Both the position numbers and the translations under genes were made by a program. The notes below the pieces were generated by a model. That model saw only the letters and a program-made list of their open reading frames with translations. It was not told where the DNA came from and searched no databases. Shown here in pieces: positions 61,884 to 64,000 of a stretch of 64,000 nt of DNA. The stretch's first letter is position 1; each line of letters begins with the position of its first letter. The DNA is from Marsupella aquatica (lineage: Eukaryota; Plantae; Marchantiophyta): NCBI GenBank assembly GCA_973895155.1, contig OZ316897.1, positions 1,861,212-1,925,211 on the forward strand, read 5' to 3'.

Positions 61884-64000
61884 ATGGGCGACGATTTGGA
61901 TGACACGGGGAGGCCGCTCGTCGAGTTGGAGTCCGGAGTGGACATGAACAGCGAACAGAACACATGGCGTATCTACTCAAGCAAGTTCCCACGGCAGCAA
62001 GCGGCGGAAGAGTCTCCTCGCTCTGTAAAGGCACGAGTGGATAGATGTCTGAAAGCGCTCGGTGATTACTCCATTTCTCGTCTCTTTAGATCGCTCACTA
62101 CTTTCCTCTCTTTGTCACTCACTACCACAAGAGTGAAAGAAAGGGATTTTGGATAGTCTCATTTCACGTTTGGCAGTTTCTCTCCTCACCATTTTCTACA
62201 AATCACTTTAGCCTTTTTTCTTACAACAGTTCCTTCCCTCGTTACCCTTCTCTAATCGTCGTGGCCGTTTCGGCTTCGATCGGAAAATGTCGAATTATAG
62301 AGGCAGTGCATTGATAATAATTTCTCATTTTCACAAGTGATGTCGATTTTGCGAACGCTTTTGGTCTAGGTACAATTTGTCGAAGTGACATATGTCGTGG
62401 CCGTTCCCTGCTTTACCCTTCGTTTCGACTGTCCCTTCCCGCCTTCACCGACTTCGCAAGTCATCATCACCACTGTGAGAGAATGCCCAGAATGCATATA
62501 TGAGTGGTGATAGGTTTTTCAAACTCTGAAGGTTTAAATCGAATTGCAGGTTTTGAAAGCGGAGTTGATGAATATTATCAGCAACAAGAGGAAGTGCTCG
62601 ATGGATTTAGTGAAATGGACACCATCACAGACCGTGGATATCGTGTCTCCACCACCACACAGGTAATTGAGACAATTAAGCTTACAGACTGGAGTGCGAG
62701 TGCATTGTCCATCGAAGTCTCAGAGAGCACTGAGCTTCCTGAATGGAAAATGTCCCAACATTAGCTTCTTTCTCGATGCCCTAATCACTTATATCCCTTT
62801 TTCCCACTTCAGAGTGATTGGACGAATTCGTTCCCTAGAAGTACAGACCTTCTATGTTTGTCAGTCAGCTCGTGAAGGACTATCACCGATTTCCATGCAC
62901 TTCCTCACAGATTGGTTGCTGGCTTCTTTTGTGCTTATTTGACAAGGGTTCCTTTTCGTTGCAGGAGGAGAGGGCCAGCATCCGAAAGGGGGAGCAGTTT
63001 GCAATTCAAATTTCCAACGTGGGAAATATGATTCTGTTTACTGCCAAAGTTTACGCGTCTGTTCGAAGCGGATCTTTGGCTATCATTGCTTCCACTCTAG
63101 ATTCCCTTCTTGATCTTCTGTCGGGTTTTATCCTGTGGTTCACTGCTGTGTCCATGCGAAGGCCCAACCCCTACCTCTATCCAATAGGGAAGAAGCGAAT
63201 GCAACCGCTGGTTTGTTCCTCCCTGTTGCCTGATTATTCGGGAATGCTTGTGCCTTCATGTTACAATGCCACTGAAGTTTAATAGTACTTTGCCTCAATC
63301 AGGACTTGGAGTGTCCTGACTCGTCATATAGTTTACAAGTGCGATGTTACTTTGGTTTTCGGATCTCTGAATTACGATGCTGACATTTTATCAATTTGAA
63401 ACTAATAGACGGGTTCTGACTTGTGGAGCAGGGTATTCTTGTCTTCGCATCAGTTATGGCAACACTAGGCCTATTGGTGATTTATGAATCCATTAAGAGA
63501 CTGATGGCCCAGGCAAGTATCACAGCTCGCTTGCTGTCGATCTGCCGATCTTCCGATCTTTCGATCCTCTCTAGGACGTGTCCATGGTCTCTTTTGGTTC
63601 ACTTGTAAGACGGGATTTTGAAGAATGGCAGTGACAAGAGGGTTTGGGATTTAGACGCTAGAGCACCACCTAAGTCCTACTAAATTGTCTTTGAAGCTGT
63701 CTTGAGTATATGTCAAGTCTTTGTATGGGATCTAGAATTTAATACTTATAGTTTGCCTCTTATTATCTCTGGGTGGTTTGCTTTCTGCAGGATAGCACTT
63801 TGGATCTTGACGGGCCGAAGAGAGATTGGGTGGTGGCCATTATGGTGGTAGCATCAGTGGTGAAGCTGGGTCTAATGCTCTACTGCAGAACCTTCACGAA
63901 CGAGATTGTTAGAGCTTATGCACTTGACCATTTCTTCGATGTTGTCACCAATGTTATTGGTCTTGTGGCTGCAATTCTGGCTTCGCTCTTTTCTTGGTGG
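61884..64000 (+). CDS. MTP11: Cation diffusion facilitator, Mn-CDF metal tolerance protein (MTP9/10/11 group, MTP11-like); runs off the 3' edge
   Basis: Exons are 61884-62061, 62550-62662, 62965-63210, 63432-63512 and 63791->64000. Motifs are [42 protein letters not shown] (DxxxD), [24 protein letters not shown] and [13 protein letters not shown]. Confidence 0.93.

Overview
This is eukaryotic nuclear DNA with GT-AG spliced genes. It is most consistent with a non-seed land plant such as a bryophyte or lycophyte; this is inferred from gene families and TE types and is not proven. Five host genes can be reconstructed by eye: (1) a 5'-truncated chimeric cell-surface protein with Met-rich SPPP repeats, GGA(I/V)/FxxN beta-helix-like repeats, an extensin-like SP4 stalk and a Root_cap/LEA-related domain (+, <3-5194); (2) a condensation/CoA-dependent acyltransferase-fold protein (+, 19445-22641); (3) an AHK1/CKI1-type hybrid histidine kinase (-, 24953-~33532); (4) a small plastid-type DnaJ-like Cys-rich zinc-finger protein (+, 52771-53722); and (5) a Mn-CDF/MTP11-like metal tolerance protein (+, 61884->64000) that needs a GC-AG intron. 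The intergenic space is rich in TEs. It holds a mosaic of decayed gene pieces at ~6.2-12.1 kb: an alanyl-tRNA synthetase editing-domain exon missed by the ORF track, a TE accessory ORF and a UPF1/SEN1-like helicase pseudogene. That mosaic is interrupted by a tRNA-derived SINE with a 16-bp TSD and by a long-TIR foldback element. Elsewhere are several MULE-type elements with 9-bp TSDs, a probable 2.15-kb solo LTR, a LINE fragment, and a decayed Ty3/gypsy pol whose integrase ends in a PHD finger rather than a chromodomain. No rRNA, bona fide tRNA or CRISPR array was found. All coordinates and homologies were read by eye and no searches were run.
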